64,000 nucleotides of DNA from Lepidodermella squamata (taxonomy: Eukaryota; Animalia; Gastrotricha), in contig JBLDXI010000020.1 of assembly GCA_047495785.1 (NCBI GenBank), positions 1,984,001 through 2,048,000 of the forward strand, given 5' to 3'. Positions 62,465 to 64,000 of this stretch are shown here, in pieces. Position numbers and translations under genes: made by a program. The notes under the pieces were generated by a model, which worked only from the letters and a program-made list of their open reading frames with translations, was not told the DNA's origin and made no database searches. Each line of letters begins with the position of its first letter. The first letter of the stretch is position 1.

Positions 62465-64000
62465 CTATAAATAACGCTAATTTAGACGAAAATTGTTTAA
62501 TACGCAGACTGGTCGAAACCGGACCATATTTTGGGTGGAGAGGTTCGAAATGATCATTTGTATTGTCTAAACCGGACTAGTCGTACAAACCGGACCGATA
62601 TGGCGGTCTGAGTCCGGTTTCCGGTTAGACATGAAAATGGCCGATTTTACTGAAGATTTTGGAGAAACATCCACGCACCCGGCACCTCAATAAAAAGTGA
62701 ATTTTTTTAAATCGGCCAATCACCCGGGATATATTGGCATCGTTCAATCGTTCAATCACATAAAAATGTATGCCTTGAATGATTTGAAAGCTCGGAAAAT
62801 GTGTAAAATCCTAAAATCAGCGTTATATTTACCGGTAAATGCTTCGGACTCGGTCCAGTAGGCAATAATCAGGAATTCATCTATCTCGGACCAGTTTGAT
62901 ATTTTCGCTGGCGAAGATTCAGCTGATCAACTCTAGCTAAGCTATACGCGCATCGAGAAGTTCCTGCTATTAGGGAACTAAACTGCGGTAGGTTTACAAT
63001 CCAGATTCGGGCTAAAATGTCATTGGCTGGTTTGTCTCCCATCTGAATTGACGAAAACTGTTTGATCTAAATGAATAGCTGAAAACGATCTCACAGAAAA
63101 CGGTGTGCTCAATTCCGGGCCCATTAGTTCCGTCCGGCCTCCAAGCGTCGGTTGCGCAATAAGTCGGAATTAAGCATAATATTTTTACCTGCAACATAAA
63201 AATCTGAGCTTCATCACAGTAAACATATCAGAGGTTCATGCTACATCAGGTAAAGCAACACGGGCGAGTTCCTATTCGTCTTGCTGAGACGAATGAAATA
63301 ATACCAAACGCAAAATATTTTAGATTGAGGTGGCCAAAATTAGGGCAGCCGTTTCTAATTCCGTCCTGGGTGACAACAAAATTAACCATAAATCAAGCTA
63401 AATTCGTCCGGACTTGCAAAGACCGACGCACTCGATAGCCCAATATAACTCCTCGAAATTTATTTCTTCTTCGATTTTTTCAAAAGATTCACTTGGCTGG
63501 CAAAGTGCGACAAACCTAGCCGAAATGAGCGCGAGGTGCTAATTGGGATGTCCATCTTAATCGGAAGTTTTGCCCTGCTTTAAAATCTTCAACGAACCTT
63601 TCAATTTTTTTTATTCGATTTGACCTACTAGCAAATTCAGGTGTGAAATATATCTGCTATTAGATTTCTATTTATGTCTATGGATTTCAGCCTTGATTAT
63701 TTACAACAACTCGCCCTGATCGCGTTGTGGCTAATTCAACCGTTGATGCGGATTAATGATTCGGCGGGGCGTGAATTTTCGAGGATATAGTTCAAACCCT
63801 TGATTCCTATAAGTTATCGCTCGGACTTCGCCAGGCCCAATTATCGTCTAGGGTTCCAAATTATGAGTCCGTAAGTTCGTTTAAACCAAATCCAACCGCA
63901 CTGTTTTTCGGCTACATCTCAGAGACTATTTGAATATTATATTAATGTTATTTAAACAGATTTTGTAAGATGAGTCTCGGCAATGAAAGGAGGCCTATCA

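Noticed and set aside
62830-63440. Coding-like composition, faintly vWA-like on the minus strand
   Set aside because: Multiple stops and no convincing motif; it cannot be supported without a homology search.

Overview
Eukaryotic (invertebrate animal) genomic DNA with short GT-AG introns (often about 50 nt) and many small foldback elements; no prokaryotic operons, rRNA, tRNA or CRISPR are evident. From left to right: (1) the probable 3' end of an env-bearing LTR retroelement; (2) a compact, intronless 5-kb block with two paralogous secreted acidic peptide precursors, two tandem HPDL/HPPD-family dioxygenases and a divergently transcribed SABATH (plant-type carboxyl) methyltransferase; (3) a cyclic-nucleotide-binding-domain gene, a GABA-B-like class C GPCR and a two-finger KLF-like C2H2 factor; (4) a 32-kb, same-strand tandem array of six atypical nuclear receptors, rebuilt by hand from exons. 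All six have a single DBD with a CEACK(K/R) P-box and a 10-12 aa insertion in zinc finger 2, and their LBD/AF-2 ranges from intact to truncated. The array is interrupted by a C-type lectin/mucin/vWA gene with its pseudogene copy and by an intronless, divergent Cys-loop receptor. The most novel-looking systems are the nuclear receptor array and the dioxygenase-methyltransferase-peptide block. Multi-exon models are manual and their boundaries are approximate.
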